A stretch of 64,000 bases of DNA from the human T2T-CHM13v2.0 reference genome, Homo sapiens. Numbering within the stretch: the stretch's first letter is position 1; each line of letters begins with the position of its first letter. Positions 44,158 to 56,843 of the stretch are shown in pieces. Under the pieces are notes generated by a model. The model was not told the DNA's origin, made no database searches, and saw only the letters and a program-made list of their open reading frames with translations. Position numbers and translations under genes: made by a program. The DNA lies in the NCBI RefSeq assembly GCF_009914755.1, contig NC_060928.1, one strand, 5' to 3'.

Positions 44158-46242
44158 TTTTCTTATTTCATATTTTGTGGCCCCACTGATAAAATTTCAA
44201 AACTCCTGGCCTGAAGTGAAAGATGACTGGTGGATTCTTGTTACCCAGAAACTATCTTAAGATAATTTTTAATGTCTAATATGGCTTCCTTTCTGGACAA
44301 TTAAGTCTTGAGGACATGAACTCCCTTCTATGCTGCATTAGAAGGAGAGGTTATTAAAATGTAATAAATCATTTTCCAGTCCCTTTGGGAGAAAACTTTT
44401 TATGGAGCCAATTGCAACAAGTTTCTGACAGCTTATTCTCGTTAGTTAAAAAAAAAAATCCAAGAAATCACTATTAATGAGACCATGTTTCCTACCTATG
44501 ACTGGAAAACACAACTACCCAGTATGAAATGTTTTTGAGTTCTCTATTCAATACACACAGATTTTATACTCTTGTCACTTGGATATAGTGTGATTTTTAT
44601 GATTTGGGACCTTTTTTTCCCTCAGACACTAGTTCTGTCCATGATTACCATGGGAATATCTTCAGGCAGAGCTCAGGTAACAATATGAGACTGCATCTTT
44701 GCATCAGGGCCTCTGAGAAATATATCAAAATAAGGACATCTATATTTGTTTTATTTGATTTTGATTTCCTTGAAAGCAGAATCATTTACCAGATGAAACC
44801 TTTATGCTAGAGTGCTTCTATTTACCAAATAGACTTAAGGTTTCTAGTGTAGGATTTAGGAGAACTCAGCTCGCTGGCATTCCCAGCTGTCTCATGGCTC
44901 CTGGCTCTTTTGGTCAAGGCCACTGTAGCATTTCCCATTTGGTTCCAAAAATACCCTTTTATGTACATTGCAGCAGTAGAGGCCATGTTACACTCTGATC
45001 CCCAGAAAGTTAAAATCCTCTCTGATTTCACAAGGAAATGTGTCTTTTGCAAATAAATCATGTGAGGTTTTAAATTCTAGCTTAGACACATTATATACCT
45101 ATTATTTGTTTCATTTTAGACAATCATTTAAATAATTAAAATTACTTTTTTCCGATTGAATATATAAGCTTAATTGATTAAACTCTCAATGCCTGCACTA
45201 ATGGTTATCAAAAAACACACATGGACAAATCTTTACATATTCCTTTTTCGTGCATCATTCTGTAAAAAAAAAATAATGTTTTTACAGGGCTGTGTGGTTG
45301 ATTGCCATTTGATATCCTGTGTTATACTGCTAAATACCTTCTACAGTCTTATGTGCCCATGTGTCAATATGCCTAAAGAAGGGACTTGCCCTGAGCTGTT
45401 TGGTAGCTAATTTGCAAAAATTAATGACTAATCAAGACATTATGATCACTTTAAAGTTCAATAATTGTGAGATTATTCAATGTGGCAATGAAATTCATGA
45501 TTGAGAAGAAATATTTGAAGTTTTTAAATTTCCCATAATTATGGCACTTAGCATTGGTAAATAAATGATGAAAAATGAAGCTACCAAACTTTAATATGGA
45601 TTTCCTTTTAATTGAGGCACTTGAACAAATCATTCCAAATGTTTAGCCTTGTCCCATGCAGTACAGATTAGAATGAAATCTACGTGGTGAAGATCCGAGG
45701 TTAAATACTAAGAAGGGAGTTCTCAGTCTCTCCAGTACCATTTTTATACAGTATTTCTCTACTCTCTTCCTTCTTCCTAAATATTACCAAAATTAAAGGC
45801 CAAAAACTTTTTAATGACATTCTGTTCTGTGAGCAAATGCCTCATCTCTAAGAAAAAGATTAATTTCACACTCTTTTAATATAAACTATCACAGTGCTGC
45901 AGGAGGTAATACATTTAAATATGTATGTGCTAATGAGTCTGTGCTTTTCTCATTCACAGAGCATTTAATTTGTGCCAAACAAAGTTCTAAATTCAGGCTA
46001 CTATTTTTCATCTTAAGATACTACATGCTTTACTCTTCCATTCTGTTAAGTAATGTGTTGTGTTTAAAATTCAGTTATTATTAAAAAAACGATTATTATT
46101 GCTGGTACTGCACATTGATACAATACACTTGAGGAAAATTATTTTTTCCTCAGAAGTCTGCAGTGACTTTAAAAAAATTATTTTCGGAAAAAAATGGAGT
46201 AGTTAAATTGTGGTAAATTACCATCGTCTCTAGAATGCAGTC

Positions 46243-46760
<518 letters not shown>

Positions 46761-47709
46761 CCAGTCTTTCAATTTACCATTCTATTGCCCATATTTTTTT
46801 CTCTATGGAAATGGAAACTTCTAACTTTGAGACTTGTTTTCCAACTTTTGTGGATTAAGGATGTTTTTTTTTTCTTTCACGTAAGTAGAGCCTAAAATAT
46901 ATTATTTTTTAATGTACTTGTCACCTTTCCAGGAACTGAATTCTTGTTTCTAGAAAGAAAAAGATAGCTTTCCAAGTTTTCTAGCATGATTATCTAAGTT
47001 TTCTCTACCTTTTCACTTCCCATGCTGTTTTTTAAGCTGTCTTTTTAAGTTTAGAATTGAAAAACAGGTTTTTCTACATTACCTAGCACATGTAATTTTA
47101 TATCTCAATGGTCAAAATAATATAAAATTCAACTATTAAGAGCATAATTAATAAGTTATCCTAATTTGCCAGAGTTTTAGATCATATTGTTCCCTAAACT
47201 TCCAAAATTGAACTGGTAATAGACAACTCCATCCCCAGGGGCTGTTTTCCCTAACCATTCAGATATATTTAATAACCTGCATAGTCAATCATATATTTTA
47301 TTTCCCTGTCTCAGTCACCATATCTTTGATTCCCAGTCAGACTTGGTCTCCATTCTTTCTACCCTTCCCACTTTTCTGCTTTACCTACAGAGGCATTATT
47401 TAGGATTGGTTCTCACTTTTATTTTTCGATTGCAACCATACATTTGAGCACATCCTGTATGTAATATGTTTGTTAAGGAATGCGGATGTTTTTCAAAATG
47501 TATAGAATAGAAATTAGGAAAGCCGTCTGATTAAACTATTCCATAATATGATGGATAACTGGTTATAATCTGCTTCTAATCTTCCCAGTAATATTTTATT
47601 CTTTTGGTTGTCAATCTTGATCATTAAAGATTAGAGGCATCATTGCTTAGAACTAAATCTCTAGCATCTGAAGATGTTAACAGACAATTTTTACCTTCCA
47701 TTTTACCAG

Positions 47710-47895
47710 GATGGCTTTACTCCTCTAGCTGTGGCACTCCAGCAAGGACACAACCAGGCGGTGGCCATCCTCTTGGAGAATGACACCAAAGGGAAAGTGA
47801 GGCTGCCAGCTCTGCATATTGCCGCTAGGAAAGACGACACCAAATCTGCCGCACTTCTGCTTCAGAATGACCACAATGCTGACGTACAATCCAAG
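47710..47895 (+). CDS. ANK2: Ankyrin-B coding exon (~exon 6), two repeats: [62 protein letters not shown]
   Basis: ttttaccag acceptor, 186 nt, AAG|gtactt donor; lies within ORF 47674..47961. Confidence 0.97.
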
Positions 47896-48321
47896 GTACT
47901 TAAAGCTGAACACATTTGTGGAAAGGAACTCTTTGGCTGCCAGACTCCTCCTGGGGGATGATAAAGAAGTAGGCCATGGTGATAATGCAAAATTATTTCT
48001 GGTCATAAAAAGAGATAAATGACTTTCAGAGGTATTTCAGAAAGAAGGGGACCATCTAAAAAAATTAAATGCAAGATAATTTTCTTTAAAAGATGAGGTT
48101 GAGCTTTTTAGAAATCTGCTTTCTTATTCTGTTTATAGTCACAAATAATAGAATTTAAAAGATAAAATTGTATTGTGTGGTGCTTGGGGATGTCTTCTTC
48201 CAGTAGAATGCATTTTGCCATGTTGGAACAGTATACCCAATTGCAGCGAGCAGATTGACTGTTTCCATAATTTTGCATTGTGTAATATCTTCCCTCTTTC
48301 TTCCAAACAACACTGCTTCAG

Positions 48322-48345
48322 ATGATGGTGAATAGGACAACTGAG
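48322..48345 (+). CDS. ANK2: Ankyrin-B 24-nt microexon (~exon 7): MMVNRTTE
   Basis: cttccctctttcttccaaacaacactgcttcag acceptor, ATGATGGTGAATAGGACAACTGAG, gtacag donor; joins to give DVQSK-MMVNRTTE-SGFTPL as in ankyrin-B. Confidence 0.93.
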
Positions 48346-49225
48346 GTACAGTATTGTGGTTATACCAAAATTTACCTTGTCTTTATTTTTAGTTTTTGCC
48401 CAATTGGAATAAATGCTCACTAATTCATACTAATGATTAGAAGTTTGATTAATGGGAAATTAATTTGAAAACCTTCCCCATAATGAAGGCAAACTGATAA
48501 TTCAAAGATATTTAGTGTAACATATATTTGAAGCATTATTTTTATCAGTAAAACTATTTAAATAAGTTATTAGAGAATGAAATGAAACTCTTTCTTAACA
48601 TATATTTTAATGAGTGAGATTTACTATTAACTTATTGTCAAGAAGAGATATGATTTTATTTCCTTAATGAGAATTCTTAGGTTAGAGTTTTAAGGAAGTG
48701 AAAATTTGGGAGGTTTCTCTGCCACTGAGTTTTGTCTTTTTATCTAATTGCTGTTGCCCTTTTTTTTTCTGTATGCTCTTTTTCTTTACCACATTTATAT
48801 AATAAATGATGTTATTGAGCATATCAAGAGCAGACCAATTGCTTTTTCTTGTAAGTCTTAAAATACTTGTCATGGAATTGTATATTTTCCACATTCCAAA
48901 GTAAGTCACATCAATCAATAAGAACATTAAGTTCAGAAGCCTCTCAGTATGGTGTGTTTGTATATGTATGTATTTAGTAGTCTCTCCTTGGCCATTGCTA
49001 CAGAGAGAGACACTAACACGAACATTGTTGATGTATATTATACAAACTAACCTATACTCAAAAACAAGTGACTTTTTATGTAGGTCCATTATTGTTTTGC
49101 TGAGGGGATTCTTTAGACTATCATCTCGCTTGATGACTAGGTTGTGGACTTTTGAGCATTCTCACAGGGTATACTTGAATTATTTGTGTTATTTCTTTTG
49201 TTCCCTATCGTTGCATGGAACCTAG

Positions 49226-49255
49226 GTCAGAGACAACGGAAAGCCCAACTGCTTG
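49226..49255 (+). CDS. Candidate alternative 30-nt ANK2 microexon (VRDNGKPNCL)
   Basis: U-rich tract, TGCATG, cctag acceptor; in-frame; weak TTG|gtgaac donor. Confidence 0.3.
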
Positions 49256-51207
49256 GTGAACTTGTTCACAACTGGAACCGTACAAATTGATATCTTAATA
49301 ACTAATTTCAATACCTTTAATTTCTTAGATGCTTTTTGGTGATTATTTAAGATACATTTTTGAAAGCAGTATTGGCTCTAAACATTGTGAAAGCAGAAGT
49401 TTGGGTGGATTTTTACTGAGTTATAAATATTTGCTTGAAGACAATAGAGTAAAAAGAAGAGAAACCCCTTCGTCTAATCCTGTAGAAATGTGAACTCTGC
49501 CTCCTACTTCCATGTTAATCAGGGAAGCGTTCCTCTGAAGGGCTGATACCAGTTTTGTGCTGATCCAAGATTGACAGCTTGGTTATCATTATGAATGATC
49601 AGTGAGGCTGTATCAGACAATAAGTTTATTTTTGCAAATGATATTACTATATTTAAATACTTTGAAAATGATCCACCCACCCTCAATATGTTTTTCTGAA
49701 ACTAAATTGTAACATCAGTAATAGACACACACTCAGGGTATGTCTGTGTGACAGGAAATATCAAGATAAACATGAAATAAATTTAGTCAATTATTTCCTA
49801 AAATATGAAAATTTGACATTTTATAAAATAACAGCCAGGTTGAGGGCTGATTTTCCCCTCCATTTTGACATGAATATTGGCATTATGTAAATGCAAAATA
49901 AAAATATCTTGATCATAGATAGGGGATTTGGATTAATAGTAACTGTTCTTATTTTGTGTCTTGCTTCTCTCTAAGTAAGAAATTATTTGTATCTAATGTT
50001 GCTACAGTAAGAGCACAAATTTTCATTACCTAAGGTATCTGAGTGCTTATTTAGGGTGTTTTTAAAACAAAGCCACCAAAGCCTATAGATCAACTCAATA
50101 GAAAAAAAGTTGTAATTTTGAAAATATTTCTTAAAAACAATACAGTAAACATCGTAGTTCATTTCAAGTAAAAGAGAGCAATACCAAGTAACCCAAAAAC
50201 TGCAGGATGTGATAGCCAAATAACAGTTTCTATTTTTCCCATAATCTTTTGTTAAGTAGTGAAAATTCTGGAGAGTAAGAAAAATTATTAGATCTTTGTG
50301 TACTTTAATAAGAAAAGAGTTAACATGCTTCTATTGCAAAGATGGCAACAATTTTCAACTAGATTTTCATCAGAAAAAGAAAGAAAAGGAAATATATTTT
50401 TTTCATTTGATAATTTCAGACTTATTTTTTAAACATTTTGAGAGTAAACAGTTCTGTAATGCCCATATAGTTGATTTAACCTGGTTGGTTAAATTACACT
50501 TTATTGTATTGATAAAATTTGTTTAACATTCAAAATTGGAGTGAGCTGAACTTTTTTCTTCCTTTTATATTCCTATTGATGCCACGTATATTGTTTAATT
50601 TTTGTTTTTTAATTATTTCATCATGACAACAACATAATCGTGCTACACAGTTGTAAAAGGGTATAGGAATATCATGACAGTGTAAATGATGTGGAACAAA
50701 TTCTATATCTTTGTAAGAATTTTTCAACATATTTTCATGCTTCCAAAAGTATAATGTCAACAAATACTGCTTTTTTAAAACAAAAATAAAACAAAAACAC
50801 TGGTTTCTTTGAATCTTCTCTGAAAAGACATTAAAAAATTCATTGATATGTTAATCCTATGGCTGAAACCTGATGTTGTTTAAACATATTCTGGTTTTCT
50901 TCAATATGCAAAACCAACTTAAGAAACATTGTTTTGTATAAACAACAAATCTCATAAATAGATAAATATTTAAGATAATTAAAAATATGCCATGAATATT
51001 ATGCCAATAAATGTAGAATATTTATTTACTTTTTATATGTTTAGTTATGTACCACCTTATAACATTAAGATTTAAGATCTTACTAAAGCATTTATTATTG
51101 CTTATATATTAGGTAGACTTTTACCATGTGACCTTCTTCACTAATACAATGGCTGCAACATAGAAAAGTGAAGCGCTATACTGACTGTCATATCTTTGCT
51201 TTCATAG

Positions 51208-51306
51208 AGTGGTTTTACCCCTTTGCACATAGCTGCACATTACGGAAATGTCAACGTGGCAACTCTTCTTCTAAACCGGGGAGCTGCTGTGGACTTCACA
51301 GCCAGG
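51208..51306 (+). CDS. ANK2: Ankyrin-B coding exon (~exon 8): [33 protein letters not shown]
   Basis: ctttgctttcatag acceptor, 99 nt, AGG|gtatgg donor. Confidence 0.97.
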
Positions 51307-52055
51307 GTATGGATTGAAATAGTTTCTCATTCTAGATAGCAGTAAATGAATATTTTAATAAAGTAAAAAGGAACACCAATGGCTTTCTTAAAGATTTTAC
51401 TTCTTTTTCCTTACCTGGGTCTGTGCTGGAGATACTAGATTTTTCATTTCCTTTCTTTAAATCACAAGAAGTCATCTTGGCTTAAGCAGAAAATAAGAAT
51501 GTTGTAAACTCATGCAAAAATTATTTCCAATAGTTAAGGATGACATTCATTCTGACCAGTATGAACAGTTATATTTAACGATCATGCCATGAATCCTGAT
51601 AAGTCACGTCAAAAAATTATTAAACTGTTAAAATGTTAACTATAAAATATATAAGTAGCATGTCTTATGATGACTGTAGGGCACACAATTTGATAGGGAA
51701 TTGTTTTTAATGAATTGAGAATTTGTTCACATGAAGTCTTACTAAAATACATAAAAGGTGTCACATTGTTACATGTTTCATGGTATGCTGTTATTAGAAA
51801 GAATTCACTTACATGATAATGGTATATATCAGTATACTTAATATACAGTTAATGCAGAATATGAATATACAAAAATTACAACAGACAAAAAATCAGGTAC
51901 ATATCCTTGCCATAATGATGATATGTGATAGCCAATAAAATAAATAAATATAATTTGTATGTATAATGTTTTTGTACTAAGAAGTCATCTGCACTGAAAC
52001 TATGTTGTGTTATTTTCAAGCTGTTTTTCTTACTGAATTATTCTGAAGGAGACGT

Positions 52056-52362
52056 TTGTTTGTTGTTGTTGCTGTTTAGAGACAGGGTCTGGCTCTGTTG
52101 CCCAGGGTGGAGTGCAGGGGCATGATCATGGCTCACCGAAGCCCTGAACTCATGGGCTCAAGCAATCCTCCTGGCTCAGCCTCCTGAGTAGCTAGGACTA
52201 CAGGAACACACTACCATGCCTGGCTAATTTTTTAAAATTTTTTGTAGCGATGAGGTCTTACTATATTGCCCAGGCTGGTCTTGAATTCCTGGCTTCAAGC
52301 AATCCTCCCACCTCAACTTCCCAAAGTGCTGGAATTACAGACATGAGCCACCATGCCCAACT
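52056..52362 (-). mobile_element. AluJ SINE
   Basis: Reverse Alu; TSD tgaaggaga(c/t)gttt. Confidence 0.9.
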
Positions 52363-52833
52363 TGAAGGAGATGTTTTTAAGAATCATTTTTATATTGGAT
52401 ATTAATACCCAAATATTTGTATTCTGTTTTTAAGAATCATAAAACTTAAGATGCCAGACTCTTTAAGTGCATGGATGTTATAGAAAGAAAGACTTTACAC
52501 TAGGGCCCTATCTTAGGTAGATTTAAAATTTTTGTTTCTATTACAGTAAAGTGGTCCCTTTGTCTCTTGACTATAACTTGTACATTCAATACATATTTTG
52601 TAGTTATTGACTAACTTAGTTATGCAGTTTCATTCCATTTTTCATTCTCTAACTATATTGTTTTGTGGTTTGTGTGATTTTTGTTCCTTAAAAATCAAAG
52701 ACATAGAAAGAGTAGAAACTGTGGATCAAATTACCACGTAGGTCACAACTTCCTTTGTGGCCTTTAACACAAAGGCATCGCCATCATGCCCTGTCATACC
52801 CAACAGCTCTTGTTTGGTCTTTCTGTGGTGTAG

Positions 52834-52932
52834 AATGGAATCACTCCTCTGCATGTGGCTTCCAAAAGAGGAAATACAAACATGGTGAAGCTCTTACTGG
52901 ATCGAGGCGGTCAGATCGATGCCAAAACTAGG
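52834..52932 (+). CDS. ANK2: Ankyrin-B coding exon (~exon 9): [33 protein letters not shown]
   Basis: ggtgtag acceptor, 99 nt, AGG|gtgagt donor. Confidence 0.97.
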
Positions 52933-53907
52933 GTGAGTGTCTCTGTTCTTTCAATTTTCTACCATTATTATTTCTTTCAAGCCTCATAGAAGGCACCTCA
53001 AGACACCAGGTCATTAACATAAGCAATGTGTTTTCAAGGAAATTGCTTTATTGGAATTGATTTAAATCTCATACAACATTTAAAGGGTTCATACCGTACA
53101 GTGAAATTAATATTTGCTCATAAGTGCCCAGAGAAGCAAAATGTTGGTCCCTCAATGAGATAGTTTTTCAAGTTTTGGCTTAGTGATTTTCTGGGACCAA
53201 AGATCAAAGATTAGGCTTACACAACTCTCTTTTGGGTAGTTATAAGTATCAAGAACCCAAACTAATTACCATACATTAAGATTGAGAATGTGGCTTTTAC
53301 ACAAAATATTTTAGTACATGTTTACAATCTTTTGCTTCTAAGTATTCAATTCCTAATTCATTTTTCTTAAGCAGCTATGCTATACTGACCTGAGCAGGGG
53401 ATTTGCTATTATGGAGAAAAGCATACAGTTAGTATACTATACCTTTATGTCATTTTGGTAGAAGTGATAGCTTTCATTTGTTTCAAACTTAAGTAAAATG
53501 TCATTTCAAGTTTGCAGTACACCCCAAATAGATAACACAATAGACAGTAGAGTTCAGTTGTTAAAAGTGCAGAATAAAGGCAAACTGCCTGATTTCAAAT
53601 CCTATTTTTACTATTAATAAGTTGTATTATATTGGCAGTTTACTTACCTTCTCTGAACTTAGGCTAATAATAACACACCTACTTCATAAAGTTGTGTGAG
53701 AATTAACTCTTAGGTATATTATTTACCATTTTTGAAAAAGCAGAGTAAATTACCTAGCTCTTCATAATATTTGATAATATTACTGACGTTATATAATATG
53801 TAGTTATTTGCTGAAACATGTAAGGATTATTTCAGTATTAATTATCTGGAGTAGATTTGGTTAATCATAGACTTCAGCAAAACTTCAAATGTGCCTATAA
53901 TACAAAA

Positions 53908-53961
53908 ATGTTAATATGTGGTATAAAAGTCTATGTTAATATGTGGTGTAAAAAGCCTATG
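53908..53961. repeat. ~25-bp imperfect tandem duplication
   Basis: atgttaatatgtggt(a/g)taaaa...ctatg x2. Confidence 0.8.
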
Positions 53962-54225
53962 AAAGATGATAAATAGAATATGTCTCTTATGGTATTTTAC
54001 TTCACTTTGTTTAATTCTGAGACTTCATGTTTTCATAGTCCCAGCAGTAAAGATCAAATCTAGTTTCCTTGCAAATCTGGGGGCTAGCAAACACTTTTGT
54101 TTAATAAACTTTATCATCTGTAAGCTTCCAGAATCTATACCAGTCCCAGACTATAAATTATGGTTTTTAATGACCTCAGGAAACCTTGCTTTCTTAATCT
54201 CACTTCTCTAAAACTTTTGGTCCAG

Positions 54226-54261
54226 AGTGGCTACATCACAACACGTGGGAGTTCTGGAGAG
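54226..54261 (+). CDS. Candidate alternative 36-nt ANK2 cassette exon (SGYITTRGSSGE)
   Basis: Long pyrimidine tract + tccag; in-frame phase 0, no stop; GAG|gtttgc donor; downstream GCATG/TGCATG and 3x TACTAAC. Confidence 0.5.
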
Positions 54262-55144
54262 GTTTGCGTTCTGTCAAATCTTTGCTGTGGTGTCCAGTGT
54301 CTTTGCATCAGAGTTTTATATGGTTTCTACTTTTTGCTTAGTAGGCATGCCTTTTTCCTTACCATACTGTGAGTATACAGAATTTGGAACAGTATGCGTT
54401 ATGTTGCATGGTTTGCTTACTTATTCTTTCTATTTAAAGGAATGAGTTTTGCACATTACTACATTACTAACATCATTACTAACATTACCAATGTATTACA
54501 TTACAAACATACTTTACTAACATAATTTCTTCCTATATACTGCCTTTATGAGATTACCACTGGAAAGAAAGCATTTTGGAAATGCAAAAAAATTTTTATC
54601 TTGGCCAATGTCTTAAGGATGCACATTGCTTTTATTAATGCTTTTTGGAGTATTAACTCATTATTAAGATAGTTGACTTTGTTCTTATTAATCAACAGTA
54701 TTTACTTAATAAAAGTACTCTAATTTGTGTGGCTTACATATATTTGGGTATACAATTAAAAAGTCTAACTCCAAATAGACAGTGTATCTTCATAAAAAGA
54801 GTACTAAGAAATGAAGAGAAATGGATTCTTATACTAGTTCTGTCATAGTGCAGCCTTTAGATACAGCAAATAAATTAAATTTCATTCAAGGATTTAAAAA
54901 GAATAAAATAGGTTTTCTAACTGTATACATTGTATAAACATTCCATTCATTTATTCCTTAAACAAATAACTATTGAGTTCCTACTTGGTGCTGTGAACCC
55001 TGAAGATACGACAGTTAACAAGACAGAGTAGGTTTCTAGACTCATAGAGATGCAAGTCAGTAGTTCAAGGAATTAAGTTAACAGTCTTCTTGTAAAAGTT
55101 TAATAATAGGTTCTTAAAAAACAAAAAAACAAAAAACAAACAAA

Positions 55145-55307
55145 ACCCTTGATTTGTAGCATTACCTTTGCTGGTTTCCATGGTGTAAATACTTCTACAG
55201 TGGTCAGTTTAGAGCTAGCAACTTGGTATCACTAAATGTAGAATTGGGAAGAGGTGTGCAAAAAGTGGCTCTCCTTATTTCATATGAGCTGGTTCCAGCA
55301 CACCCCA
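55145..55307. mobile_element. MER63-like hAT DNA transposon fragment
   Basis: ttccatggtgtaaatact...gagctggttccagcacacc terminal motif. Confidence 0.55.
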
Positions 55308-55341
55308 GGATTAGCTACAATATTGAATGGTTGCACTGAAC

Positions 55342-55782
55342 ATTTTTATTTTTATTATACTTTAAGTTCTGGGGTGCATATGCAGAACATACAGGTTTGT
55401 TACACAGGTATTCACGTGCCATGGTGGTTTGCTGCACCCATCAACCTGTCATCTACAATAGGTATTTCTCCTAATGCTATCCCTCTCCTACACCCGTCCC
55501 CCAACAGGCCCCAGTGTGCGATGTTCCCCTCCCTGTGTCCATGTGTTCTCATTGTTCAACTCCCACCTATGATCGAGACCATGTGGGGTTTGATTTTCTG
55601 TTCTTGTGTTAGTTTGCTGAGAATGATGGTTTCCAGCTTCATCCATGTCCCTGCAAAGGACATGAACTCATCCTTTTTTATGGCTGCATAGTATTCCATG
55701 GTGTATACGTGCCACATTTTCTTTATCCAGTCTATCATTGATGGGCATTTGGCTTGGTTCTAAGTTTTTGCTATGTGAATAG
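55342..55782 (-). mobile_element. L1PA 3' end
   Basis: ttattatactttaagttctggggtgcatatgcag...; diverged TSD ggttgca(c/t)tga. Confidence 0.92.
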
Positions 55783-56080
55783 GGTTGCATTGATCTTTTT
55801 TAGCACTAAACTTTCCCCCCATAAGTTGAAATACTTCTTCATCTGTAAGTAGAAGGATTTTAAAAGCATTGTTGGGTTCTTTTCATTCTGGCTACAGCTA
55901 ACAGACCTATATCCCTCTTACTAAAGACAAAATCAAGTAGGAGGTAAATACTGAAATCAAGGACTGTGGGCTGGAATTGGGAGGCCAATTCTGGAACTAT
56001 AATATTTGATTACTAAAATAAATGAATATGTTTTGCTTTTTCTTTTGCTTTTGAAATGTATTCAAAAATAGAAAAATGTT

Positions 56081-56455
56081 TATATTAATTAGTTCTCATG
56101 CTGCTATGAAGAACTGCCCGAGATTGGGTAATTTATAAAGGAAAGAAGTTTAATTGACTCACAGTTCTGCAGGGCTGGGGAGGCATCAGGAAACTTACAA
56201 TCATGGCAGAAGCAGAAACAAACACATCCTTCTTCAAATGGTGGCAGGAGAGAGAAATAAGTGCCCAGTGAAGGGGGCAGCCCCTTATAAAACCATCAGA
56301 TCTCATGAGAACTAACTCACTGTCACAAAAATAGCATGAGGGTAACCACCCCGTTATTCAATTACCTCCCACTGGGTCCCTCCCATGACACATAGGGATT
56401 ACGGGAAATAGAATTCAAGATGAGATTTAGGTGGTGACGCCTAAATCAAAACATT
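56081..56455 (-). mobile_element. THE1/MST MaLR solo LTR
   Basis: gggtaatttataaaggaaagaagtttaattgactcacagttc...attcaagatgagattt. Confidence 0.88.
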
Positions 56456-56477
56456 GATAAACTATATCAATGTTTAA

Positions 56478-56843
<366 letters not shown>

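Noticed and set aside
49466-49622. Canonical box H/ACA snoRNA
   Set aside because: No ANANNA hinge between the two stems; kept only as a generic hairpin candidate
55254-55691. 145-aa ORF
   Set aside because: Antisense translation of an L1 3'UTR
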